A DNA stretch of 29,226 bases from Chlorobiota bacterium (GTDB lineage: Bacteria > Bacteroidota > Bacteroidia > Bacteroidales > JAADGE01): NCBI GenBank assembly GCA_030592825.1, contig JAUVIG010000001.1:1-29226 (forward strand). Direction: 5' to 3'. Both the position numbers and the translations under genes were made by a program. This document shows, piece by piece, positions 9,755 through 19,220 of the stretch. Positions within the stretch are counted from its first letter, which is position 1, and each line of letters begins with the position of its first letter. The notes below the pieces were generated by a model, which was given only the letters and a program-made list of their open reading frames with translations, was not told the DNA's origin and ran no database searches.

Positions 9755-10972
9755 ATGGTAAGTTTTTTCAATTATACAATCGAAGTTATTATTTCAATGT
9801 TTCTGTTTTTTACGGTCTGGAAAATATTTTTGCAAAAAGAGACCTTTCACTGCTTGCATAGACTCTTCTTACTAACATCTCTGATTATATCTTTTATAAT
9901 ACCTTCTTTTGAATTTATTTCTCCTGTATCAAATCAACTCGGTTTTTCTGATTATATAACAAACACAATTCAAATTGAAGAAATAATAATCAATCCCTAT
10001 AACGACTCAATTTACCTCATTGATTGGTTAAGCTTATTCTATATTTCAGTTGTATTATTCCTGTTAATCAGGCTTCTGTCCCAACTACGATCTATCAAGA
10101 AATTCGCAAAAAAATGTGAAATTCAAATTTATCAAGAAAAGAAAATCTATATAACAGACAAAGATATTTCTCCGTTCTCGTTTATGAATTATATATTTTT
10201 TAATAAAAATGATATAAAAGGAATAAATTTCAATCGTATATTTCAACATGAACTTATTCATGTAAATCAAAAACATTCTATTGATATTATTTTACTTGAA
10301 TTAGTAATTATTTTTCAGTGGTTTAACCCTATGATATATATCTATCGAAAACATTTGAAAACGCTCCACGAATATTTATCGGACGAAAAAGTTATCCTGC
10401 AGGGCTTTCAAGCCGATGAATATAAAATGCTCTTGATTAAGCAACAAATTGGATTTCAATTTGGATTTGCAAATTATTTTAATAAATCTTTAACATTAAA
10501 ACGAATAAATATGATTAACAAACTTAAATCACATAAAACAGCAAAATTAAAATTATTATTTGCTGTACCTATTCTCGCTTTTACGTTTTTACTATTTTCA
10601 TTTTCAGGAAATAAAAATGAAACATACAATTATAGTGTTTCGGCAACCCAAGATACAATATATGACCAAGCAGATGAAATGCCTGAATTTCCGGGAGGTA
10701 AATTGGCACTCAGAAAATTTTTAGCAGAAAATGTCAAATATCCGGAAATTGCCAAAAAAAACAAAGTAGAAGGTACAGTTTTCATCAAATTTGTTGTTGA
10801 TAAAACCGGGAAAGTAGGCGATGCAGTAATACAAAAAGGCATTTCTGAAAGTATAGATAAAGAAGCTTTGAGAGTTGTTAAAATGCTGCCTCCTTTTAAA
10901 AAACCCGGATATAACAACGGGAAACCTGTTGACGTTTATTTTTCAATCCCAATCACTTTCAGTTTAAAATAA
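9755..10972 (+). CDS. M56 (BlaR1-like) metallopeptidase with C-terminal TonB domain
   Basis: SPFSFMNYIF, HELIHVNQKH (HExxH), WFNP, HEYLSD; C-terminal MPEFPGG...YPEIA...VEGTVFIKFVVDKTG...DKEALRVV. Confidence 0.92.
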   Translation: MVSFFNYTIEVIISMFLFFTVWKIFLQKETFHCLHRLFLLTSLIISFIIPSFEFISPVSNQLGFSDYITNTIQIEEIIINPYNDSIYLIDWLSLFYISVVLFLLIRLLSQLRSIKKFAKKCEIQIYQEKKIYITDKDISPFSFMNYIFFNKNDIKGINFNRIFQHELIHVNQKHSIDIILLELVIIFQWFNPMIYIYRKHLKTLHEYLSDEKVILQGFQADEYKMLLIKQQIGFQFGFANYFNKSLTLKRINMINKLKSHKTAKLKLLFAVPILAFTFLLFSFSGNKNETYNYSVSATQDTIYDQADEMPEFPGGKLALRKFLAENVKYPEIAKKNKVEGTVFIKFVVDKTGKVGDAVIQKGISESIDKEALRVVKMLPPFKKPGYNNGKPVDVYFSIPITFSLK

Positions 10973-10983
10973 AATCAAAATAC

Positions 10984-11007
10984 AGCCCGTAATTGATCTT
11001 ACGGGCT
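10984..11007. terminator. Likely bidirectional terminator between the M56-TonB gene and the orphan dnaN 3' end
   Basis: AGCCCGTAA-ttgatc-TTACGGGCT perfect 9-bp stem with A/T-rich flanks. Confidence 0.8.
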
Positions 11008-11027
11008 ATATTATTCTTTACTTCATG

Positions 11028-11144
11028 CTAATTATTAATCATCATAGGCATTAACAGCATTAAAACATCTTCATTTTCTGAATCCGACTCAAAAGGTAAC
11101 ATTATTCCTGCTTTTGAAGGTTCAGACATTTCAAAAACAACTTC
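11028..11144 (-). pseudogene. dnaN: Orphan copy of the last 39 codons (including stop) of dnaN; attR-like direct repeat
   Basis: Encodes EVVFEMSEPSKAGIMLPFESDSENEDVLMLLMPMMINN*; 112/117 nt identical to 23771-23887. Confidence 0.95.
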
Positions 11145-11262
11145 AACTTATACGAAACTTCACACTTGGCTTGACACTGCCTTGGCAACAATAAACATAA
11201 TTTTGTTTTTTATAAATGATTGAATATCTTTGGTTTTCAGTGTAAAACCAAAACCATCACCG

Positions 11263-14200
11263 ATGAACCTTTTAAAGAAGCTCAAAAACCTCGCTTTACA
11301 AAGATTTATACCTTTAACTTTGTTTTTTTTTCTTTTAAGTTCCGTTCTTTTTGGTCAAAACGAAAAAATGAACAAAAAAACGAAGAAAGCTGATGATTTA
11401 CTTCAAAAGGCATTGGTTTTAAGTGATTCCGCAAAGTATGACAGTGCCATAGTTTTACTGACAGAAGCATCTGCTTTCTACAAAAAGAAAAAGAATAAAG
11501 AAAAGTATATTCATTGTAAAAATGAAATTATTAAACAATCAAGGTATATTAAATTTAATGATGAATTATTAAAACCTGCAAAGGAGAATATTGTTTATTC
11601 AAAGAAAATTTTAGGCAATGAGCATTATCTGACAGGTAATTGTTATAGTTTGTTGGGAAATATTTTTGCAGATATTAATAAAATTGACAGTGCATTGCAT
11701 TATTACAGCAAAGCAAAAGAAATTTGGGAATTGGATAAAAAGAAAAATAAAATGAGAATAGCCGATGCAAATTTAAATATCGGAAATATGCTTAAAAACA
11801 AAGGTGAGTTTGATAAAGCTGCTTCACTAATACACAAGGCATTAAAAACCAAAATTGATTCTCTCGGAAATAATCATCCCGATATTGCTGCTATATATAA
11901 TAGTTTAGGAGTTATGTATTATTATACAGGAGATATTGATTCATGCGCATTCTATTTAATGAAAATGCTGGAGATCAGAAAAAATTATTATGGAGAATCT
12001 CATCCTATAGTAGCAAATGCATATAATAATGTAGGAGTTGCATATAAAGTAAAAGGAGATTATGATAAGGCCCTAACATATTACAAAAAAGCTTTAGATA
12101 TCAGAAAAAAAAGTCTTGGTTTATTACATCCTAATTTGGCATTAAGTTACAGCAATATTGGTGTAATTTATGCAAATCTGGGAAAATATAAACTTGCAAA
12201 CGAATATTACGAAAAGGCATTAAAAATCAGGTTAGAACTTTTTGGTGAAGACCACATAGATGTAGCAGCTTGTTATACTAATATGGGTATTAATTGTATG
12301 GACTGCGGTGAAGGGGGAAGTGCCTTATTATATATACAAAAGGCATTCAAAATAATAATTGAAACATACGGTCAGGATAATCCGAATACATCAAGTGCCT
12401 ATAACAATATGGGGGCTGCTTATGTTTATGGTCTCGGTGATTTAGATAAAGCTTTAAAGTATTTTATAAGAGGCTTGGAACTAAGGCTTAAAACTGATGC
12501 AAATAATCCATTAATTGCAAGCAGCTATAATAATATTGGTGCTGTATATAAAAACAGGGGTGATTACGAACTTGCATTATCTTATTATAAAAACGGACTT
12601 AAAGTTATAAAGGATCAGTTTGGAGAACAACATATTGAGGCAGCTTCTGCATACAATAATATGGGTGAGGCATATTTATTACTAAACGATTTTGAGACAT
12701 CCCGAAAATATTTTGAAAAAGCACTTAATATCAGGTTAGAACTCTTTGGTGATAACTATCCCGGCTTAGCTGAAACATATCTTAATATTGGTACGGTTTA
12801 CAGCAAACTTGGTGAGCTTGAAAAGGAAAAAGAGTGTTATGAAAAAGGACTTGAAATTTGTTTGAAGAACTTTGATGAGAGAAATATCTCTGCTGCAAGA
12901 TTATATCTAAACCTTGCAATGAACGCGGCAGACATGAAAAATTATCATGAGGCAATTTCATTAACAGAAAAAGCTCTCAGCGTTCAAAAAGAAATATATC
13001 CGGAAGATCATCCCGGTATTGCAAAATCTTTGTCAAATTTGGGATTAATATATTATTTATCAGGGAATTATGATTTATCTGCTAATTATTATTTAAAATC
13101 TTTAGATGCAAACTATATCGGGAAACTAACTGACAATTTGGATTATTATTTAATATTGGATGAAATTCAATATCTCGAAACATTATCTGAACTGGCCGAT
13201 TTGTACTTTACGAAATATAAGCTTAAAAATGATATTCCGGCATTAAAAGAAGCGATTTCATATTATCAAAAAGCTTCCGATATGGTTTCTTTTCTGGCAT
13301 CAGGCTATTCTGTTGAAGCATCAAAGATGAATCTGCTTAAAAAGGCTGCCGGTATTTTTCAAAAGGCTTTAATTTCAACTGAAATCCTTTATCGAAATAA
13401 TAAGAATTATAAAAATACAGCAACGGCATTTGGTTTTTCAGAACAAAATAAGTCTTCTGTTTTATATGAATCAATAATAAGAAGTAATATTAAAACTGAA
13501 AACACATCGGACAGTTTGTGGGTTTTGCAACTGAATTTATCAGGAAAGATAAATTATTTAAAAACCAAGTTTTTGGCAGATGAGAATGATTCCCTCAATT
13601 TGCAAGCTAATAATGAGCATGATGCAGAACTCTCAAAAGCAATTATTGATTACCAAAGTGTTACAGAAGATATTCAATCAAGAAAACAGAATGCTCAGTA
13701 TGTTGTTTTCTATAAACAAACTTTGATTGATTCTATTCAAGCTAATCTAAAGCCCGTCGAATTAATGCTTGAATATTTTATTTCAGATTCAGCAGTTTAT
13801 TGTTTTGTTATCGGAAAACAAATCTTGGAGTTGGAAAAAGTAAATATTGAACCGGAATTTAAGGGTAGATTATTTGACTATATAACAAGCATAAAAAAAC
13901 ATCGCTTTTCTCAATTTCAGGAAAACAGTTACTACCTTTATAATAAATTGATTAAACCTGTTGAAAAATATTTTACAGATAAATCAAAACTAATTATTAT
14001 TCCTGACGACTATTTATTATACCTTCCTTTTAGTTCACTTATTTCACAAAAGCAAAATGATAATCAGATTATTAATTTTTCAAAATTGGATTACCTGATT
14101 AAGGATTACGAAATCGTATATCAATATTCGGCAAATTTATGGCTTGAAAATTTTCAAACAGGACAAATTAACAATACAACAAAAGGTTTTTTCGGTATTG

Positions 14201-14934
14201 CACCCTTTTCTACAAACGAAATTGTCAGCGAAATTGACAGTACAAATTTAAGTTTTTTAGATAAGGCACTTCCGGAAAGTGTATTGCGAAATATCACAAA
14301 CAGCAAGAATGAATATAAATCATTACCATATTCCGGTAAAGAAATAAATAGTATTGCAAAATTATTTGAGTTACAAGGTATTAGTACAAAAAATCTTATT
14401 GACACTGATGCATCTGAAAAAAATCTAAAGACCTTTGCTAAAGATTTTAAATACCTTCATATTGCTACTCACGGTATTATAAATAATATTCATCCTGAAT
14501 TAAGCGGATTAGTATTTATTAATGATAATAATGTGAGTAAAGATAAGGAACCGGACAATAAAACCAAACAAAGTTGGAAATTAGAACAAAATACGGATGG
14601 GATTTTGTATGCAAAAGAAATATTTGATTTGGACTTAAATGCTGAATTAGTAGTTTTAAGTGCCTGCGAAACCGGTATTGGTAAACTTGAAAAAGGAGAA
14701 GGTGTTATTTCACTGACAAGGGGATTTTTATACAACCGGGTACCAAATGTTGTTTTCTCTTTATGGAAAATCAACGATAAAAACGCCTGCGATTTAATGA
14801 CCGACTTTTACAGTAATATTTTGCAGGGCAAATCCTATGCTTCTGCACTTAGACACGCAAAGCTTAATATGATCAGTAATAAAGAAACTGCCTATCCGGG
14901 AAATTGGGCGGCTTTTTCTTTGATTGGGAAATAA
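11263..14934 (+). CDS. TPR-repeat CHAT-domain (caspase/HetF-like) protease, probably exported
   Basis: Signal-like FIPLTLFFFLLSSVLFG; roughly a dozen about-42-aa TPRs (HPDIAAIYNSLG-type); intact dyad motifs LHIATHG and VLSACETG; terminal PGNWAAFSLIG. ATG 11263 is preferred over TTG 11230 because TATCTTTG lies at about 11225-11232. Confidence 0.93.
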   Translation: MNLLKKLKNLALQRFIPLTLFFFLLSSVLFGQNEKMNKKTKKADDLLQKALVLSDSAKYDSAIVLLTEASAFYKKKKNKEKYIHCKNEIIKQSRYIKFNDELLKPAKENIVYSKKILGNEHYLTGNCYSLLGNIFADINKIDSALHYYSKAKEIWELDKKKNKMRIADANLNIGNMLKNKGEFDKAASLIHKALKTKIDSLGNNHPDIAAIYNSLGVMYYYTGDIDSCAFYLMKMLEIRKNYYGESHPIVANAYNNVGVAYKVKGDYDKALTYYKKALDIRKKSLGLLHPNLALSYSNIGVIYANLGKYKLANEYYEKALKIRLELFGEDHIDVAACYTNMGINCMDCGEGGSALLYIQKAFKIIIETYGQDNPNTSSAYNNMGAAYVYGLGDLDKALKYFIRGLELRLKTDANNPLIASSYNNIGAVYKNRGDYELALSYYKNGLKVIKDQFGEQHIEAASAYNNMGEAYLLLNDFETSRKYFEKALNIRLELFGDNYPGLAETYLNIGTVYSKLGELEKEKECYEKGLEICLKNFDERNISAARLYLNLAMNAADMKNYHEAISLTEKALSVQKEIYPEDHPGIAKSLSNLGLIYYLSGNYDLSANYYLKSLDANYIGKLTDNLDYYLILDEIQYLETLSELADLYFTKYKLKNDIPALKEAISYYQKASDMVSFLASGYSVEASKMNLLKKAAGIFQKALISTEILYRNNKNYKNTATAFGFSEQNKSSVLYESIIRSNIKTENTSDSLWVLQLNLSGKINYLKTKFLADENDSLNLQANNEHDAELSKAIIDYQSVTEDIQSRKQNAQYVVFYKQTLIDSIQANLKPVELMLEYFISDSAVYCFVIGKQILELEKVNIEPEFKGRLFDYITSIKKHRFSQFQENSYYLYNKLIKPVEKYFTDKSKLIIIPDDYLLYLPFSSLISQKQNDNQIINFSKLDYLIKDYEIVYQYSANLWLENFQTGQINNTTKGFFGIAPFSTNEIVSEIDSTNLSFLDKALPESVLRNITNSKNEYKSLPYSGKEINSIAKLFELQGISTKNLIDTDASEKNLKTFAKDFKYLHIATHGIINNIHPELSGLVFINDNNVSKDKEPDNKTKQSWKLEQNTDGILYAKEIFDLDLNAELVVLSACETGIGKLEKGEGVISLTRGFLYNRVPNVVFSLWKINDKNACDLMTDFYSNILQGKSYASALRHAKLNMISNKETAYPGNWAAFSLIGK

Positions 14935-14941
14935 ACCGATA

Positions 14942-15120
14942 AAATTATTTAATGAATATCCGTATACTCCCCCATAGTTCATTAAACAGATTGGAAATCA
15001 ATTTGTTTACCCCAAACCCTAAAGGGAGCAAATTGATTTTCTTCACACCCTTTAGGGATTGGGGTAAATGAAGAAAATCAATCATTAAAGTGGAGTATAC
15101 GGATATTCATTAAATAATTT
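14942..15120. repeat. 179-bp nested inverted-repeat element (MITE- or REPIN-like)
   Basis: Perfect 29-bp terminal IR (14942-14970/15092-15120) enclosing a 21-bp IR with one mismatch (15006-15026/15048-15068) and shorter IRs. Confidence 0.85.
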
Positions 15121-15189
15121 ATTGCCAATACAAAATATTTGTCTATATTTGCACTTAATTCCGAAATTATCCAACTAATTAGTAACAGT

Positions 15190-16350
15190 ATGCAAAATAT
15201 AGACAGAATTTTGAGTATTGAACTTCCAAAAAATCAATCAGCATTTTTATGGGGGCCAAGGAAAACCGGAAAAACAACCTTATTAAAAACCAAATTTCCG
15301 CAAAGCATTGTTTATGATTTTCTCCAAACTGATTTATTTTTTAATTTTTTAAAAAAGCCTTCACTATTACGTGAACAATTGCTTGCAAAAAACGGGAAGC
15401 TATTGAATTCCCCTATAATTCTTGATGAAGTACAGAAAGTTCCTCAAGTTCTTGACGAGGTTCATTGGTTGATTGAAAATAAGGGAATGCGCTTTATATT
15501 ATGCGGTTCAAGTGCAAGAAAACTCAAAAGAGGACGAGCAAATATGCTTGGAGGGCGTGCGTGGCGGTATGAAATGTTTCCGTTAGTAACTGCAGAACTC
15601 GAAAATTGGGATTTATTAACAATCCTAAACAGAGGCTTAATACCGGCACATTACCAACAAAAAAATTACAAAAAATCATTACGTTCATATACACAGGATT
15701 ATATGAAAGAAGAAGTATTTGATGAGGGCTTAACACGTAATATTCCGGCATTTTCAAAATTTTTTGATTCTGTTGGTTATTCTCACAGTGAACTAATAAA
15801 TTATTCAAATATCTCTCGAGATTGCGGGATAAATTCAAAAACCGTGAGAGAGTATTACCAAATACTTGTTGATACATTAATGGGGCGTTTTGTTGAACCT
15901 TTCAAAAAGCAACAGAACAGACAGGTAATAACCAAGGCACCTAAATTCTATCTGTTTGATGTTGGTGTCGCAGGAGCAATCTCAAAACGTGTTTTAGAAG
16001 AAGAAAAGGGTGAATTGTTTGGAAAAGCATTTGAACACTTTATATTAATGGAAATTACTGCCTATAATTCATATAAAGAAATTGACTTTGAAATAAACTT
16101 TTGGCGAACAAAATCCGGTTTGGAAGTAGATTTTATTCTTGGCAACGGTGAAGTGGCAATTGAAGTTAAAGGAACAAACCGTGTTGATAATAAAAGTTTA
16201 AAACCCATTGAAACATTCATTGAAGAATATTCACCTGAAAAAGCTTTTGTTGTATGCAATGAAACAGAAGAAAGACTTAAAGGGAAGGTTCGCATAATAC
16301 CTTACAGGAAATTCCTGTCTTCGTTATGGGAAGGTGAGATAATTAAATAA
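15190..16350 (+). CDS. AAA_14-type ATPase with DUF4143 / PD-(D/E)xK-like C-terminus
   Basis: Walker A GPRKTGKT, Walker B IILDEVQ, CGSSA, PKFYLFDVG, EVDFI...AIEVK. ATG 15190 is preferred because TATATTTG lies at 15144-15151. Confidence 0.9.
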   Translation: MQNIDRILSIELPKNQSAFLWGPRKTGKTTLLKTKFPQSIVYDFLQTDLFFNFLKKPSLLREQLLAKNGKLLNSPIILDEVQKVPQVLDEVHWLIENKGMRFILCGSSARKLKRGRANMLGGRAWRYEMFPLVTAELENWDLLTILNRGLIPAHYQQKNYKKSLRSYTQDYMKEEVFDEGLTRNIPAFSKFFDSVGYSHSELINYSNISRDCGINSKTVREYYQILVDTLMGRFVEPFKKQQNRQVITKAPKFYLFDVGVAGAISKRVLEEEKGELFGKAFEHFILMEITAYNSYKEIDFEINFWRTKSGLEVDFILGNGEVAIEVKGTNRVDNKSLKPIETFIEEYSPEKAFVVCNETEERLKGKVRIIPYRKFLSSLWEGEIIK

Positions 16351-16391
16351 ATTTGTTCATGCAAAAATACAAATAAAAAAAAGTAAACTTC

Positions 16392-16421
16392 TTTGTAACG
16401 ATTTTTAATTTCCGGACATAT
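16392..16421 (+). promoter_or_regulatory. Putative ECF sigma promoter TTTGTAAC-N16-ACATAT
   Basis: Same motif and spacing as upstream of the sigma gene (23671-23700). Confidence 0.6.
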
Positions 16422-16488
16422 CAGTATAAATTTGCATGATTTCCTACTTGCAAAACTTTTTATTTTTATAACTCAAAAATTAAAGAAA

Positions 16489-17253
16489 ATGAAATCAAAA
16501 GGCATTCTGTTTAAAAACATAAGCAAAATAAGTTATCTGTTTTTTATAATAATTGTTATATTTTCATCGTGTAAAAAGGATGAAAATATTGAGCCTGTGC
16601 AAATTTCTGATTTAAGCGGATTTTGGATTATTTCAGAAACTATTACAGGTAATTGCCATGGAAGTGTTGAAACTGAACAAAAAACAGAAATATTTTCAAT
16701 TTATCAGCAAGACAGCAAGTTGACAATAACAATTTATCCTAACGGTGATATTCTTAAAGGAACTGTTGAAGGGGATAAAATCTCATGGGAGGGCACAATT
16801 CCTACCGTCAGCGGTAAAACGGATATTGATTTTACAGGTACTGCAACAAACAACGGAAATCAAGCTGCAGGAACTGCAAGTTGGGAATGGAACTCGGATA
16901 CATACAATTGCTCCGGCACTACAAAAATATCAGGCGAAAAGGTGATTCAAGAAACAGCCGATTTTTCAGGTGAATGGGAAGGGACTTGGAAAAGTGAGGA
17001 AAATTCGGCTGACGGAACATTTTCAGCAAATGTTACTCAAAATGACACAATATTAAGCGGGACTATAGATGTTCCCTTTTTAGATATATCAAATGCAAGT
17101 TTAAAAGGATTTGTGTCAGGTAATGTTGTTTTTTTTGGTGACATAGAAGAAAAAATAAAATTTGTCGGCATTATGAATGAGAATACAGGTGAAGGCACAT
17201 ACAGCTATATGTCTTTAAGCGATGAGGGTAGTTGGACAGGCACAAAACAATAA
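16489..17253 (+). CDS. Surface lipoprotein with two tandem beta-rich domains
   Basis: Lipobox IFSS-C followed by KKDE; internal repeat DLSGFWI.../DFSGEWE...; ATG 16489 is preferred. Confidence 0.8.
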   Translation: MKSKGILFKNISKISYLFFIIIVIFSSCKKDENIEPVQISDLSGFWIISETITGNCHGSVETEQKTEIFSIYQQDSKLTITIYPNGDILKGTVEGDKISWEGTIPTVSGKTDIDFTGTATNNGNQAAGTASWEWNSDTYNCSGTTKISGEKVIQETADFSGEWEGTWKSEENSADGTFSANVTQNDTILSGTIDVPFLDISNASLKGFVSGNVVFFGDIEEKIKFVGIMNENTGEGTYSYMSLSDEGSWTGTKQ

Positions 17254-17281
17254 ACTTAAATATAAATAAAAAATTTAAATT

Positions 17282-17875
17282 ATGAATCTATTTCTAAAAA
17301 TTCCGGCAAATAATAAAACCAAACAAATGACCATGAAAACTTTATCTGTTCTGTTTATTTCAATGATATTTATCCACCTTGTAAACGGACAAGCAAAGGA
17401 GATTCCAAACAAGAAAAACAATGTTTTTATTCTATTAAACAATCATCTTGAAAAGAGAGGAAGTGAGAATTATTATACTTCCAATCCCGACTTTTCAGTT
17501 GGGTATGAGAGAGACCTTTTTGGTTTTGGTAAAAATCGGTTTTATGCCGGTATAAGAACAGGTGCTTATAAGGAATATGTTCTCACCGGTTATGGCTGGA
17601 GTCATCCGGAAAAAACCAGATTTTTCATAGGCCTTTCTCCCTCATACGTGCTTAATATTTCTAAAAAATTCAGGTTACAAGTAAATCTGCTTTATGATGT
17701 GTTACTACCTGATGATTATGATGAGATTTGGTCTTATTGGGCAGTTGAACCGTCATTTCAGTATTTCGTCAAGAATTTCTATGTCGGTATTTCTGCTGCA
17801 ACAGGTGTTTTCCTTTTCTTCGATCCAAAAGCCTATATGGATAAAGCAGGATTAAAGCTTGGATACCAGTTCTGA
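17282..17875 (+). CDS. Secreted protein, probable small outer-membrane beta-barrel
   Basis: Signal peptide from M at 17327 or 17333 (MKTLSVLFISMIFIHLVNG); alternating aromatic strands; C-terminal LKLGYQF. Confidence 0.65.
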   Translation: MNLFLKIPANNKTKQMTMKTLSVLFISMIFIHLVNGQAKEIPNKKNNVFILLNNHLEKRGSENYYTSNPDFSVGYERDLFGFGKNRFYAGIRTGAYKEYVLTGYGWSHPEKTRFFIGLSPSYVLNISKKFRLQVNLLYDVLLPDDYDEIWSYWAVEPSFQYFVKNFYVGISAATGVFLFFDPKAYMDKAGLKLGYQF

Positions 17876-17969
17876 TAAATACAAATATCAATAAGGACTA
17901 AGTTTATTCCTGAATATTTTAATGGTACAAAACAATAAATTTTAAAGGTAATTTTAAAAAAATTTAATT

Positions 17970-19187
17970 GTGAACCAATTTCTAAAAAATATATTTACTA
18001 TCATTTTTGTAGTCGTTTTTATAATTTCTTGCAAAAAAGATGAACCGGAAATTCACGAAGATCCTATTGTTTATGATGAAACAGGAATGTTGGGATTGGC
18101 GGATTCACCTTGGCCTTGCGACGGACATGATTCACGAAGGACATCACAAAGTCCGTATAACGGACCAAGCAACGTAAATGCAATAATGATTTATGATTCA
18201 TCACCCGGATTTCATACATCTGATGCAACATCACCGGCAATTGATGCTTCCGGAAATTTATTCTGCATGGCATGGACACGTGTTTTAAAGTTTTCAAGTA
18301 ATCATGATTTTGAATGGGAAAACGGAACAGGTTTATATTTGAGGAATATTCCGCCCATAGCAAAAGACGGAACAATTTATATAGGCGGATTTTATCAGCA
18401 ATCTGTTACAAATTTCACGACCGGATTAATTATAGCTTTAGATCAATCAAATAACACTAAATGGGAGTTTAAAACACCGGACGAATATGACGGCGGAATT
18501 TGGGGTGCTTTAGCTATAGGCTCAAACGGAACAATATATACAGTTGATGCATCAGACGGTTTATTTGCAATAAATAAACAAGGTAAAAAACTTTGGTCTT
18601 ATCAACCTGACAGATTAACTTGTTCATCACCGGCAATTGCCCCCGACGGAACTATTTATGTTATTGATTCTGATGACAATCTGTACGCAATAAAACCCGA
18701 AGGAGAGCTTTTATGGAAATACTCTGCAGGTAAAGATATTAATTATGATCCTGTTACAGGAATTGACGGCACAGTTTATATAGGAACTGAAAATTCATTA
18801 CTGGCAGTCGACAAAATCGGTGACAAATTATGGGAATATAATTTACCGGATGCTGCAATAAATCGGCCATCTTTGGCAAATGACGGTACTATTATTATTG
18901 CCTGTGCCGATAATAATATTTATGCAATAAACTCTGACGGAAGTCTTAAGTGGAATTACAACACCAACGGAAATGTTACAAGCCCTACAACTATTGATGC
19001 TGCAGGCAGTATATATTTCGGTACAAAGCCGGATTCCGCAAAAATCATATCTATATCAAACCAAGGCCAACTTTTATGGGAGTATCCCTTGTGGTTAGGC
19101 TATGTCCAACCGGTTATCGGAGCTGACGGAACATTGTACGTTGGTACAGCAGAAGGTAAAATTTATGCACTAACTGAAACCAAATAA
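17970..19187 (+). CDS. Lipoprotein with PQQ-binding-like beta-propeller repeats
   Basis: GTG start; lipobox IIS-C followed by KKDE; SPWPCDGHDSRRT; repeated SSPAIAPDGTIY...LYAI...G..LWKY. Confidence 0.85.
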   Translation: MNQFLKNIFTIIFVVVFIISCKKDEPEIHEDPIVYDETGMLGLADSPWPCDGHDSRRTSQSPYNGPSNVNAIMIYDSSPGFHTSDATSPAIDASGNLFCMAWTRVLKFSSNHDFEWENGTGLYLRNIPPIAKDGTIYIGGFYQQSVTNFTTGLIIALDQSNNTKWEFKTPDEYDGGIWGALAIGSNGTIYTVDASDGLFAINKQGKKLWSYQPDRLTCSSPAIAPDGTIYVIDSDDNLYAIKPEGELLWKYSAGKDINYDPVTGIDGTVYIGTENSLLAVDKIGDKLWEYNLPDAAINRPSLANDGTIIIACADNNIYAINSDGSLKWNYNTNGNVTSPTTIDAAGSIYFGTKPDSAKIISISNQGQLLWEYPLWLGYVQPVIGADGTLYVGTAEGKIYALTETK

Positions 19188-19220
19188 AAAAATAATTCAA
19201 TAACTTTTAAAAAAAAAATA

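Noticed and set aside
11145-11262. Search for an integrase remnant or arm-type sites at the island's left end
   Set aside because: No ORF fragment or convincing repeats were found.
14942-15120. CRISPR array or integron attC interpretation of the palindromic element
   Set aside because: There is no repeat-spacer periodicity, no recurrence between other cassettes, and no cas or intI gene.
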